A DNA stretch of 64,000 nucleotides from the IMG/VR virus record IMGVR_UViG_3300033145_002040, one strand, 5' to 3'. Positions within the stretch are counted from its first letter, which is position 1, and each line of letters starts with the position of its first letter. The notes beneath the pieces are model-generated. The model was not told where the DNA came from. It did not search any database and was given only the letters and a program-made list of their open reading frames with translations. The translations under genes and the position numbers were made by a program. This stretch comes from an uncultured virus (IMG/VR IMGVR_UViG_3300033145_002040) (lineage: Duplodnaviria > Heunggongvirae > Uroviricota > Caudoviricetes). Positions 29,654 through 39,146 of this stretch are shown one piece after another.

Positions 29654-31475
29654 AGATATCTTTCTCTGTTATATTATTAGTTTGTTTATATGTATTCCAC
29701 GGTCCCCACTGTTCCATTGTAACCATAACTAATAATTGATTCTCATATTCTAAATTGTTTATTTTTCTATTTAACGCATCTTTATTAACCTTGAATATCC
29801 ATGCAGCTGGCTGTTCAGGATCACCTGAGTTGAAATTAGCATATCCTGTAAAGATACCTTCAGTCATAGCCTTATTCATATATTCTATAGTTGGAGTCCA
29901 AACTTGCTGTCCTACTGTCCATACAAAGTAATCTATATTGGTATCTCTCATCGCTATCTCATAATCATATTCACAAGTAGGTATTAATCCATATGGAACA
30001 TCCTCTAAGAATAAATGTGTAAGATTACGGTGTTCAAATGCAGCTACTTTTATATCATAGTCTGTGATAAAATTATCTCTTTGGGTATAATATTGATACC
30101 ATACATAACTAGGGAACATTATAGTTTCGTCAGTTTGTACATTATCTTGAAGCCATAATGAAGTTGGTTTTAAATAATCATAGGTACCTGCTTTACTATC
30201 AATCATCCTATCTGTCCTTTGATAGATTTCAGTTATACTTGTCATAAGCATAACAAGAATAATAATTATTGCTATTACCTTAGGTAAACTTTTTTCTTTT
30301 AAGTTTGCTTTTTCTAATAATTTTCTAATAATTTCATATAACAGAAAGAATCCATAAGCTGCAATTACAATAACAGCTGGAGCTACACCCATCGACCAGC
30401 GCGGAGTGGTATAATGGAATATCGCTATCCAAAAATAAGCTGAGATAATTACCCATAAGAAAAGCATAAGTACGGGTCTTAATTTTATAGCATAAGACAG
30501 GTCAGCTTTATTTAACTTCTTATCTTTTGTTAATATTTTATCTATACCCATAAACATAACAAAGAACTCAGTTATTCCTAAGAGGAACATAGGAACGAGT
30601 GATTTAATAAATGTTGTTCCTGATCCTAATAAATATGGACCATAATTAAGCCAATCGAATATAGCATATAGAAAACTAAAATTGAATGCACCATGAGCTG
30701 CCTCTATAGCTGCAGTTCCTGAGATAGGGCTTGTGATATAATGTATCATCGCCGGCCATACATGCCCGAATATAGATAAATTAATTAAACCAAATATTGT
30801 TAGAATTATTGCGCCTGCTCCTGCAGCTATCCATACATTCTTATTCCTTAAAATGCTGAACCTCTCAACAAGAATCATATATACAGCTATAGCTATAAGA
30901 GCGATACAAGCACTGTACCTAGTAAGAAACGCTAAGACTCCTAATATCACAGGAATAAATAATAGGTGTTGTTTCTTTTTGTTTACCCAGAAACAGACGA
31001 ATAGAGCGATTGTAAGAAGCTCTAATGAATTAGCAAGCATATCTGCCATTACTCTAGCTTCATAGAATAGATGATGCGAAAAGACGGCTACGATAGCCAT
31101 AGAAATAAGTCCGACCTTTTTATTGAATACTTCTTTTCCTAGAATATAAGAACCAACCATTACAGCAATAGAGGGTAAAAAAACTAAGAAGAATCTGATG
31201 AGATTTTCTCCTCCTCCTAAGCTAAATATAATACTTTCTAAAAGCGGGAACAATGGAGCCTTAGCTGCTTCAAAAGCTGCTGGCGACATCCCTGCAATAA
31301 TTTGCCCTGCCTGTAGCCATCCAATTTCATCCCACCACAAACCAGAATTATTAATAAATAAGAATTTTAACCTTATTAATGTTCCTAATATAAATATGAC
31401 TAAGAATGCTAACGAGTATGGATTTTTTAAATATGATAATACCTTCTCTTTTCTAATAGCTATTGATGTTTTCAT
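29604..31475 (-). CDS. GT-C (PMT/ArnT-like) membrane glycosyltransferase
   Basis: LWWDE motif, KAPLFP, multiple TM helices. Confidence 0.85.
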   Translation of the reverse strand: MKTSIAIRKEKVLSYLKNPYSLAFLVIFILGTLIRLKFLFINNSGLWWDEIGWLQAGQIIAGMSPAAFEAAKAPLFPLLESIIFSLGGGENLIRFFLVFLPSIAVMVGSYILGKEVFNKKVGLISMAIVAVFSHHLFYEARVMADMLANSLELLTIALFVCFWVNKKKQHLLFIPVILGVLAFLTRYSACIALIAIAVYMILVERFSILRNKNVWIAAGAGAIILTIFGLINLSIFGHVWPAMIHYITSPISGTAAIEAAHGAFNFSFLYAIFDWLNYGPYLLGSGTTFIKSLVPMFLLGITEFFVMFMGIDKILTKDKKLNKADLSYAIKLRPVLMLFLWVIISAYFWIAIFHYTTPRWSMGVAPAVIVIAAYGFFLLYEIIRKLLEKANLKEKSLPKVIAIIIILVMLMTSITEIYQRTDRMIDSKAGTYDYLKPTSLWLQDNVQTDETIMFPSYVWYQYYTQRDNFITDYDIKVAAFEHRNLTHLFLEDVPYGLIPTCEYDYEIAMRDTNIDYFVWTVGQQVWTPTIEYMNKAMTEGIFTGYANFNSGDPEQPAAWIFKVNKDALNRKINNLEYENQLLVMVTMEQWGPWNTYKQTNNITEKDICGYVYDKDGGIFYNDR

Positions 31476-31526
31476 ATAATCTTAAGCTATTAATTATATA
31501 GCTATGCTCTATATATAGTAGTTACC

Positions 31527-31560
31527 TTTATAAGTCTTTTGATACTACTCTAAAGTGGTA
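31527..31560 (-). promoter_or_regulatory. Class A promoter overlapping the stop of the upstream gene
   Basis: TTTATAAGTCTTTTGA-TACTACT-CTAA-AGTGGTA. Confidence 0.75.
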
Positions 31561-32168
31561 ATATCTTTTTCTTCTCTTTTTCTTTGCCTGTATAAGATTA
31601 CCACATCAGAAAGATGGAATATAAGTATCGAAAAACCTATAGTGAAACAAATGTACTTCCAAAGATTATCTTCTTCAGTAATGATCTCAAGCCCATCACA
31701 AGGTTCATATGCACAAACTTCTCCTCCAATTACAACATCTCTGTTTATCCCATCATCTGTATTGATATGCTCTGGAACGTATACTGTAACATTTTTATCT
31801 ACGTATTTTGTTCTTGACCTACCGCTGCTACTGGTGTGTATTGTTTTAACTACTTCATTAGTTATGTTATCAAAGAATACTAAGGTGAAGTTATCCGGTT
31901 TAAAATTAAATGCAGGTGAAATAGTTATATTGCCATTATCAAAAGTTACTCCCAATCCTTCCATATTCGATTCATTTCCGATAACTGTATAAACTGGATT
32001 AGTTAAGTTAGTAGAAAAACTCATAGAATCTCCAGCATACATAGCTCCAACAACTCCAGCATACATAAGAACCGCTAATAAAATTGCTCCCGCATATCCT
32101 CTTGATATTTCTATTATGTCTAATTTTGTTTCTCTGTCCATTTTAAGTATAATCCCCCAAGCTTTCAT
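31545..32168 (-). CDS. Membrane-anchored surface protein
   Basis: N- and C-terminal TM, sequons. Confidence 0.65.
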   Translation of the reverse strand: MKAWGIILKMDRETKLDIIEISRGYAGAILLAVLMYAGVVGAMYAGDSMSFSTNLTNPVYTVIGNESNMEGLGVTFDNGNITISPAFNFKPDNFTLVFFDNITNEVVKTIHTSSSGRSRTKYVDKNVTVYVPEHINTDDGINRDVVIGGEVCAYEPCDGLEIITEEDNLWKYICFTIGFSILIFHLSDVVILYRQRKREEKDITTLE

Positions 32169-32213
32169 CGGGGGTGTTTTTATAATAACAAAAAAAATAA
32201 TTATTTTTTGTTA

Positions 32214-33032
32214 TTATACTACTACTGGTGTAACAGTTGTAGTAATATCTGCAGTTTCATTAAATAATAAACTTACATCAAATTCTGGTGTAAAGTCTAA
32301 TTCTTCTTTCGGATAAACCATTATCTGTCCATCAGTATTGTATTGGATTAAACTACTTTCAAAGTAAAATTCATTTGCTCTATCCCAATTTAATACATCT
32401 CCTGACAAAATAGCATCACTTGGAACATACCAGATCTTTGCTCCATGGCATGTGTCATATTCATCTAAATCACAATAATCATATGTCCCATCTTCTTCAC
32501 TATTTCTATCAGTTTTATAAGGCAAATATGGAAAATCATTTCCTTCTACTAATAACGCCTCTGCTGGTTCATTAAATCTATCACTATTATCTTTGTAATA
32601 AATTAATTTGTATCCTGACTTGATATCTTCTTCAGTAACTTCTGCTGAAAACTTATCTCCCACAATGGTGTATTCTAGTTCGACTTTATCACTAAGAGGA
32701 TTCCACTTATCTAAATCAAAATTAACGTCTTTCTTTGTCAATTCTAAACTTCCAAAATAAGATGTTTTTATTCCGTCATTTACACCCCAATCACTATTGT
32801 CAGAAATTTCCATTAATACAGGAAAGTCTGCATTGTTAATCATTTTTAATTCATCACCTCCAATAGTTTTCCCAGCAAAACTTTCAATAACATTTGTTCC
32901 ATCTCCAATAAATTCAACAGGTGACTCCACATTGATTGTAGTTTCTACTTGTCCGTAGTAACTAATCAATCCAGCACTAGCAAATCCAACGACCAATAGA
33001 AACAAAAATCCATACATATATTTTTTATTCAT
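32214..33032 (-). CDS. Secreted/surface protein with signal peptide
   Basis: MNKKYMYGFLFLLVVGFASAG; acidic beta-rich body; GGAGG SD. Confidence 0.75.
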   Translation of the reverse strand: MNKKYMYGFLFLLVVGFASAGLISYYGQVETTINVESPVEFIGDGTNVIESFAGKTIGGDELKMINNADFPVLMEISDNSDWGVNDGIKTSYFGSLELTKKDVNFDLDKWNPLSDKVELEYTIVGDKFSAEVTEEDIKSGYKLIYYKDNSDRFNEPAEALLVEGNDFPYLPYKTDRNSEEDGTYDYCDLDEYDTCHGAKIWYVPSDAILSGDVLNWDRANEFYFESSLIQYNTDGQIMVYPKEELDFTPEFDVSLLFNETADITTTVTPVVV

Positions 33033-34203
33033 TTTTTTTATACCTCCTTCTCAATACTTTATTATAAATATCCATAGTCTTATTGTTTATTAAGTCCCAA
33101 TCAAAATCTTTAGCCTTTTCTATATTATTAATAGACATTAAATTCCTAAGTTCTTTATTATCTAGTAAAAGATTTGTCTTCTTTATAAACCTTTCGGTGT
33201 TACTGTACGGTAGTAAAAATCCGTTGACTTTATCTTCTAGTTCATACGGGACACCATTAACCGCAGCTCCAATAACTGGTAATCCACTAGCATAGGCTTC
33301 AAAAATAGTCAAAGGGATGCCTTCGCGCCTAGATGGTAAAAGATATATATCTGATGCATGATACATCTCAGCGACTTCTTTTCTGTTCCTGTTGGCAGGT
33401 AACAACCTTATATTATCTCTTACTCCTGTATGTAAATTGCTTATCATTTCTTCAACCTCATTAAGCTCACCCTCATCGGGACCACAAATAACAAAGGTAG
33501 TATCATTCCGATTCCGTAAAACCGCATCTGCTATATTAATAAACATTTGAGGATTCTTTGTATAACTCAGCCTGCCAAAAAATAAAACTATCTTATGTTC
33601 TTCTGGTATATCATGTTTCTCCTTAAACATATTCGGAGGTATCTTATCGAAGAATATCTTATCCATACCATTAGGTAAGGTATAGATATTTTTCATAACC
33701 ACTCCTTCAGCTAATAAGAATTTATGTTCCCACGGAGTTATAGCTATAACTGCATCAGCATGCTTTAATACAGGAAAAAATTTATAACTTATAAAATTGG
33801 ATACTATCCCCGGGAGGCTTCTCTTTGATTCCCATGGACAATGCGTTGTTAATATAATAGGAATATTTAACTTCTTTGCAGCATTCTTTGCTAAATAAGT
33901 GTGGAGGTGCCCAGTAATATGAGAATGTATAATATCAGGTTTAAGCTCCAATAATTTATTATAAACTCCTGGCCATAAAGTAGAAAACTTACTAACTTTT
34001 AAATAATGCTTACAATAGTGGATTTTAACTCCTCTTACGATTTCTTCTTTAATTTCTATTCTTTTCTCTTTATCCCAATCAGAAGTAAATACATGAACCT
34101 CATTACCAGCTGCAACTTGTCTCTCACTAAGTTCCCTTACAACCATTGCTACCCCTCCAATAACTCTAGTTGAAGAATATGGGCAAACATGTGCTATTAA
34201 CAT
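33025..34203 (-). CDS. GT4-family glycosyltransferase
   Basis: GGVA, FFGRL, PSRREGIPLTIFEAYASGLPVI. Confidence 0.92.
   Translation of the reverse strand: MLIAHVCPYSSTRVIGGVAMVVRELSERQVAAGNEVHVFTSDWDKEKRIEIKEEIVRGVKIHYCKHYLKVSKFSTLWPGVYNKLLELKPDIIHSHITGHLHTYLAKNAAKKLNIPIILTTHCPWESKRSLPGIVSNFISYKFFPVLKHADAVIAITPWEHKFLLAEGVVMKNIYTLPNGMDKIFFDKIPPNMFKEKHDIPEEHKIVLFFGRLSYTKNPQMFINIADAVLRNRNDTTFVICGPDEGELNEVEEMISNLHTGVRDNIRLLPANRNRKEVAEMYHASDIYLLPSRREGIPLTIFEAYASGLPVIGAAVNGVPYELEDKVNGFLLPYSNTERFIKKTNLLLDNKELRNLMSINNIEKAKDFDWDLINNKTMDIYNKVLRRRYKKNE
33182..33215 (-). promoter_or_regulatory. Class A promoter embedded in the GT4 coding sequence
   Basis: TTTATAAACCTTTCGG-TGTTACT-GTAC-GGTAGTA, same 16-bp spacing as other copies. 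Confidence 0.6.
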
Positions 34204-34338
34204 TTATAACATCTCCTTTCATATTCAGTAGTCTCATTAACAATATCAAATAAATCCATTATAAGATAAGGAATAAACAATAGTCCTACTCCTATCATGA
34301 AAACAATCCATTCAATTAAATTCATCTCTTTTCTTTTC

Positions 34339-35304
34339 TTATCTTTTCCCATATATACCAAGCCCCTCTCCTATAATTTTAATTTTTCTTATTATTTTTT
34401 TGTAGATACCTTCTCCTTCCTGTGGTAGTTTTGATAAAACTTTATCCACAGCTTCTTTATTCTCTATCCCAGGTATAACTACACGAGCCTTACATCTGCC
34501 CATCCACCAAGCTACTTCAGTGAATGTGCTTAAGAATGTTCCTATTATTATGGGACATTTAGACAATAGCAAAATATCAACAAAAGATTCTTTAACAGAT
34601 TCAGTTGCGCTACGGTCTCTGAACCTTTTAGGAAAATAGATAATATGATTACTTCCAAACCTTAATCTAAACCTCTCTTCTGTTTCTTCGTCCTCAGTAC
34701 ATAATAAAAATTTATAATTAGGATTAATCTCAAGTAGACACCTCATCTTTTCCACAAAATCAGTTTCCTTGGATACTTCAGCTCGACCATCATAAGCTAC
34801 TTTAAAATCTCCTTTTCTTATATGTACCCCGATGACTTCACTTTTATTGAAACTATCTTTATATTTATTAAAAAAAGATTGCGCTACATCCGCTATATCT
34901 TTCTTCGGAGTTAAGTGCCAAAAGTACGGTAAGAACTCGTTTATTTTAGCTTGAGATAATTTATGATACTTGAAATCTAGTGGTTCGTTATTGCTGTCTA
35001 TAAATTTCCATGACTTGTTTATATAAGCATCATTATATTTAGCATCTACTTCTATGCCATATAACTCACCACGACATACTTCTTTTAATATCACTGATTG
35101 CTCAAATAAATCTTCAAACTTACATCCACAAGCATCATTGATGGGCCAATAAACATTTGGGGTAAAAGAACATTTGTTAATAATGCTTATATCTCTACTT
35201 CCCATTTCGTCATAATATTTAATTGTTGATATAAGGCATTTAATTCTATTCCCTAATCCCGCTGGGCATATTGCCACACATAGTTTATTTTTTTTATGTC
35301 CCAT
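34339..35304 (-). CDS. Fucosyltransferase-like protein (GT11/GT23/NodZ-type)
   Basis: GLGNRI, IGVHIRKGD, LCTED, DILLLSKC...STF. Confidence 0.8.
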   Translation of the reverse strand: MGHKKNKLCVAICPAGLGNRIKCLISTIKYYDEMGSRDISIINKCSFTPNVYWPINDACGCKFEDLFEQSVILKEVCRGELYGIEVDAKYNDAYINKSWKFIDSNNEPLDFKYHKLSQAKINEFLPYFWHLTPKKDIADVAQSFFNKYKDSFNKSEVIGVHIRKGDFKVAYDGRAEVSKETDFVEKMRCLLEINPNYKFLLCTEDEETEERFRLRFGSNHIIYFPKRFRDRSATESVKESFVDILLLSKCPIIIGTFLSTFTEVAWWMGRCKARVVIPGIENKEAVDKVLSKLPQEGEGIYKKIIRKIKIIGEGLGIYGKR

Positions 35305-35307
35305 TTT

Positions 35308-35487
35308 CTATCTAATATAAGAAGGTATCTTCCTACTTCTTAATCTATAATCTTTTTTGTATTGAGTCTTCTGCATATCACTTAAAAATCCAGATACTAT
35401 CCAAATAACTCCTAATCTCAATTCTATGACCAATAGTAATAAACCCATAAATAACCAAACTATAGAATATACTCTATTTATTTTCAT
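35308..35487 (-). CDS. 59-aa membrane protein (not in ORF track)
   Basis: MKINRVYSIVWLFMGLLLLVIE...; its ATG overlaps the MTase stop (ATGA). Confidence 0.55.
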   Translation of the reverse strand: MKINRVYSIVWLFMGLLLLVIELRLGVIWIVSGFLSDMQKTQYKKDYRLRSRKIPSYIR

Positions 35488-36338
35488 ATAAATTTAGGCA
35501 GGATACCCGAGTCTTTAGGCTTGGGAGGAATGACGTGCTTGGTTGCACAAGTCTTAACCTCTTCCTTTAAATTTAGTTTATTGACTCTTTCTATGGCAAT
35601 ACTACAATATTTTTCTGAACAATCAATACCAATATAGTCTCTATTGTTTAACTTAGACATCTTACAAGTTGTTCCGCTACCACACATCGGATCTAAAACA
35701 ATATCTCCCTCATTACTCCATGAAAGTATGTGATCTTCTGCTAGTTTTTCTGGAAACGGTGCTGGATGTTTTGTGCTACTCTTTTTATCAACACCAACAC
35801 TATAATACCATATATTAAATGCTTGTTTTCTAGATTTGGTCTTTATTATTTCATCTCTATTGTGTCGCTTAGCAGACTTATCATAAATCTGTGGACGTTT
35901 TATATTGTATTCAACACCACTATTCTTACATTCTATCATTAATGGATTAAATGTTTTTGGCTTACCTTTACTAAAAATAAACATATATTCAAATTGTTGT
36001 TCATATCTTCTATGGGTTAATGGTATTGGATTGTTCTTTGCATAGATCATAGTATCATGTAAGTTAAAACCAATTTCTTTAAAATATAATGCTTGTTTAA
36101 AGCTTGTCCCAGATTCGCTTCCATTTTTAGTTGCATCTCCAACAATCCAAACAACAATTCCTCCTTCTTTTGTTATTCTAAATAATTCATCTGCGACTTT
36201 TTTAAATTCAAAAGTAAACCCCTTATAATCTCTTAGATTATCATAAGGTGGTGATGTTATAATTAAATCTATAGTATTCTCTTTTAACTCTTTCATCAAC
36301 CTTACGCAGTCGCCATTATATATTTTGTTTTTTTCCAT
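35484..36338 (-). CDS. Beta-class N4-cytosine/N6-adenine DNA methyltransferase
   Basis: ITSPPY, HPAPFP, DPMCGSGTT; C-terminus reads through the end hairpin (IPPKPKDSGILPKFI). Confidence 0.92.
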   Translation of the reverse strand: MEKNKIYNGDCVRLMKELKENTIDLIITSPPYDNLRDYKGFTFEFKKVADELFRITKEGGIVVWIVGDATKNGSESGTSFKQALYFKEIGFNLHDTMIYAKNNPIPLTHRRYEQQFEYMFIFSKGKPKTFNPLMIECKNSGVEYNIKRPQIYDKSAKRHNRDEIIKTKSRKQAFNIWYYSVGVDKKSSTKHPAPFPEKLAEDHILSWSNEGDIVLDPMCGSGTTCKMSKLNNRDYIGIDCSEKYCSIAIERVNKLNLKEEVKTCATKHVIPPKPKDSGILPKFI

Positions 36339-36384
36339 ATTTCTAATCTTTGATACCCCTCGCTTTAACGTGTGAGAGAATCAT
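35488..36384 (+). mobile_element. Non-autonomous IS200/IS605-like element carrying a DNA methyltransferase as sole cargo
   Basis: Preceded by TCAT (35484-35487); left hairpin CCCGAGTC-TTTA-GGCTTGGG (35506-35525); right end GATACCCCTCGCTTTAACGTGTGAGAGAATCAT; chimeric copy at 44876-44922. Confidence 0.7.
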
Positions 36385-37052
36385 TCTTTAACAGCCACAA
36401 ATTTTAGTTCTCTATCTCTAACTATTTTGCCAGCTAATCTAGTAGCCCAGTCATAAACCCTTATTCCAAATTTACGAAATGGCAATAATTTTTTATATGC
36501 ACATGTAGAAATAATCTTATTCTCGATAGGTTTAAACCCAGCTTTAACTAATAAGTTGTTCATAAGCTGAGGAGTCCATGTCCACAAATGTTGATTGATG
36601 TCGGCGCAATTTATTTTTTTACATTTATCTAAAGGAGTAATAAGTATTAATCTCCCGCCCTTTTTTAATTTAGAAAACATCACCCCTAATGTTTCTAAGG
36701 GGTTATCTACATGTTCTAATACATGAGCGGAGAATACTATGTCGAAAGAATTATCTGGAATTCTATTTATATCGGTAGTAGCATTACCTCCCTTAGCTTT
36801 AAAAAAGTCTACTGCGAACTTTGATATATCATAACCAACCCTTCTATTAGCTGGGAGCCAAAATAAATTCTGCCCTAGTCCTGAACCAAACTCTAATATC
36901 TTTTTTCGATCTAAGTTCTGGATACCATTAAAGTATCTTACCTTAGCTATTTCTGATCTAGCATTATAATATCTATCATTTGTGTATAGATATTTATGTT
37001 TATCCTCATGATAATCATTTTCATACCCTGTAATTTTTTTTATTTTATTCAT
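36381..37052 (-). CDS. Class I SAM-dependent methyltransferase
   Basis: LEFGSGLG, FDIVFSAHVLEHV, LKKGG. Confidence 0.87.
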   Translation of the reverse strand: MNKIKKITGYENDYHEDKHKYLYTNDRYYNARSEIAKVRYFNGIQNLDRKKILEFGSGLGQNLFWLPANRRVGYDISKFAVDFFKAKGGNATTDINRIPDNSFDIVFSAHVLEHVDNPLETLGVMFSKLKKGGRLILITPLDKCKKINCADINQHLWTWTPQLMNNLLVKAGFKPIENKIISTCAYKKLLPFRKFGIRVYDWATRLAGKIVRDRELKFVAVKE

Positions 37053-37172
37053 TTTAATTCTTTAAGTTCATATGTAATTATTTTTTTGCATTTTCTACAT
37101 ATATATTTATTTTGGATAACTTCGTATATATCTCCATCTCCAATATTCATATATAAATTAGTAAGTGAGCCA

Positions 37173-37514
37173 TTACACGATGGACACCGCATCTTTTTTC
37201 TCATCATTTAATTCATCTATAATACTTTGAGCAGACACCTCTACTCCTGTTTTACCGAATAAACCATCCATTAACATAGGGTTCATTTCTGTCATATATT
37301 TCTGTTCCTCTTGAAGTATATTAAACTTAACATCAAACCAACCTGCAGCTACCATAATAATAAAAGCACCAGCAGCTAAATATACAAGTCCTGTTTCAGG
37401 AAAATATGGAGCTAAAACCCCAGCTCCAATGATACTTAAAGCTGGTAGTTGACAAAGTACATAGCCTCTACTAAGAGTAAATTTAAATACTGCAAACTTT
37501 CTTTTCCAATTCAT
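37173..37514 (-). CDS. Membrane protein
   Basis: Two TM segments; ATGA overlap with the radical SAM gene. Confidence 0.65.
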   Translation of the reverse strand: MNWKRKFAVFKFTLSRGYVLCQLPALSIIGAGVLAPYFPETGLVYLAAGAFIIMVAAGWFDVKFNILQEEQKYMTEMNPMLMDGLFGKTGVEVSAQSIIDELNDEKKDAVSIV

Positions 37515-38668
37515 TGTAAACTCCGTTTATTATTTATATGACAACACTTACTACAAATAGGGAACGTACCGTATTCTTTGAGTTTCTTACGAAAGTCAAT
37601 ATATTTTTCTCCATTCCATATTTCATTCAACTTTTGTTTCTTTATATTACCAGTAATATAATTAATCATTGATAAATTCACACAGGGAAAAACCTCCCCG
37701 TAAGGAGAGATTACAGTTCTTGACCATCTACATGTGCAATTTTGGACTTCATTCCAAGATGGATCATAATAGTTATTAATAGCATTTTTAGATGGGAAGA
37801 TAATATTTAAACCATAATCATCACGATTATTAGTGACTCGGCAGGCCTCTCTTTGATTTTTTAAAATATCTATATTTATATTCTTTATTTCATCCTTAAG
37901 GTTTTCTAAACCTCCATGTCCGATTTCTTCAGATATATTAAATATTTTTTTAGTCTCATTAACTAACTTATCACTATTATGCGTTATTAATCCAACCCCC
38001 CAATCTTTAATTCCAGTTCTCTTGACTACCCTTAATGTTTGTGCCAGCTTCTTTTGATTAATGGCTGATACATAGGTTGAAATTGATAACCCCGGGATAA
38101 CTTCTCCGTTAGCTTCCATATCTTTTAAAATTTTAACTCCTGTTATAAGTCTGTCAAATGTTCCGAAGATGCTTCTTACTTCATCATGAATTAGACGTGG
38201 GCCATCTAAAGAAAATGTAATATGGTTAATGCCGGCATCAACTATTTTTTTAGCTATAGTTTCATTAACAAGAGTTCCGTTAGTTACAAAATTAACAAGC
38301 ATACCATTGTCTTTAGCATATTTAGAAATCTCAAATATATGGGGATACAATAATGGCTCCCCTCCATGTATAGTAAATACCTTTACTCTCATCTTTGCAC
38401 ATTGATCTATTAAGTCTTTTATTTGGGGGAGAGTTAATTCTTCTAAAGTTCTATCTTCTATTAATTTACATGTCTTATCCTTTTCTGTTTCGTTATAATA
38501 AAAGCACATCTTACATCTTAAGTTGCATCTGTAAGAAACTAACAATGTTACTGATAATGGATTGAACGCTTTCCCGTTACCAAAATGATACGGTATCCAA
38601 TTATACATTGCTTCTAACTTATCCGCAAACAATTGATTTTTAGATAGTCTTGATATTATTTTTTTCAT
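37511..38668 (-). CDS. Radical SAM/SPASM-twitch protein
   Basis: CNLRCKMC, GGEP, C-terminal C...GEVFPC...CSKC. Confidence 0.92.
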   Translation of the reverse strand: MKKIISRLSKNQLFADKLEAMYNWIPYHFGNGKAFNPLSVTLLVSYRCNLRCKMCFYYNETEKDKTCKLIEDRTLEELTLPQIKDLIDQCAKMRVKVFTIHGGEPLLYPHIFEISKYAKDNGMLVNFVTNGTLVNETIAKKIVDAGINHITFSLDGPRLIHDEVRSIFGTFDRLITGVKILKDMEANGEVIPGLSISTYVSAINQKKLAQTLRVVKRTGIKDWGVGLITHNSDKLVNETKKIFNISEEIGHGGLENLKDEIKNINIDILKNQREACRVTNNRDDYGLNIIFPSKNAINNYYDPSWNEVQNCTCRWSRTVISPYGEVFPCVNLSMINYITGNIKKQKLNEIWNGEKYIDFRKKLKEYGTFPICSKCCHINNKRSLQ

Positions 38669-38769
38669 TTTCTATTTCCTCTTCTTTTAATTCGTCACAA
38701 CACTCCATCGCATTGAGATAGTTGTAGTGGTAAGTTCCACATTTTTTACATTGCTTATTTTTCATTTTA

Positions 38770-38843
38770 TGACCCCACTAAGATTTGAACTTAGGATTTT
38801 TCCGTGTAGGGGAAACGTTTTAACCAGGCTAGACTATAGGGTC
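38770..38843 (-). tRNA. tRNA-Val(TAC), atypical C33
   Basis: Acceptor GACCCTA/TGGGGTC; anticodon arm TTTCC-CCTACAC-GGAAA; T-loop TTCAAAT. Confidence 0.8.
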
Positions 38844-38855
38844 GTGGCATTCTAT

Positions 38856-39107
38856 TTATTGTTTTATACTTGATAAAAGATTTTTATAGATATCGCCAAT
38901 TTCTTTTTTCATGCTTTCTAATATTGCATCTCCAGATTTCTGTTCAGCTGAAGTATTTGCCTCAGCTTTAGCTATCTCATTATTAATAACTTCTTTTTTA
39001 AATTCTCCAGTCTCAACATTAAAAATAACGAACGTAACAGTATTAAGATTTTTTGAGTATACTCTACTTACAATCTTAAACTTTTCATTATTGTTTATAT
39101 TTTTCAT
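38856..39107 (-). CDS. Hypothetical protein
   Basis: GGAGG SD. Confidence 0.65.
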   Translation of the reverse strand: MKNINNNEKFKIVSRVYSKNLNTVTFVIFNVETGEFKKEVINNEIAKAEANTSAEQKSGDAILESMKKEIGDIYKNLLSSIKQ

Positions 39108-39146
39108 TTTATTTTACCTCCTTTTACTTTTTTAAAATATAAAAGG

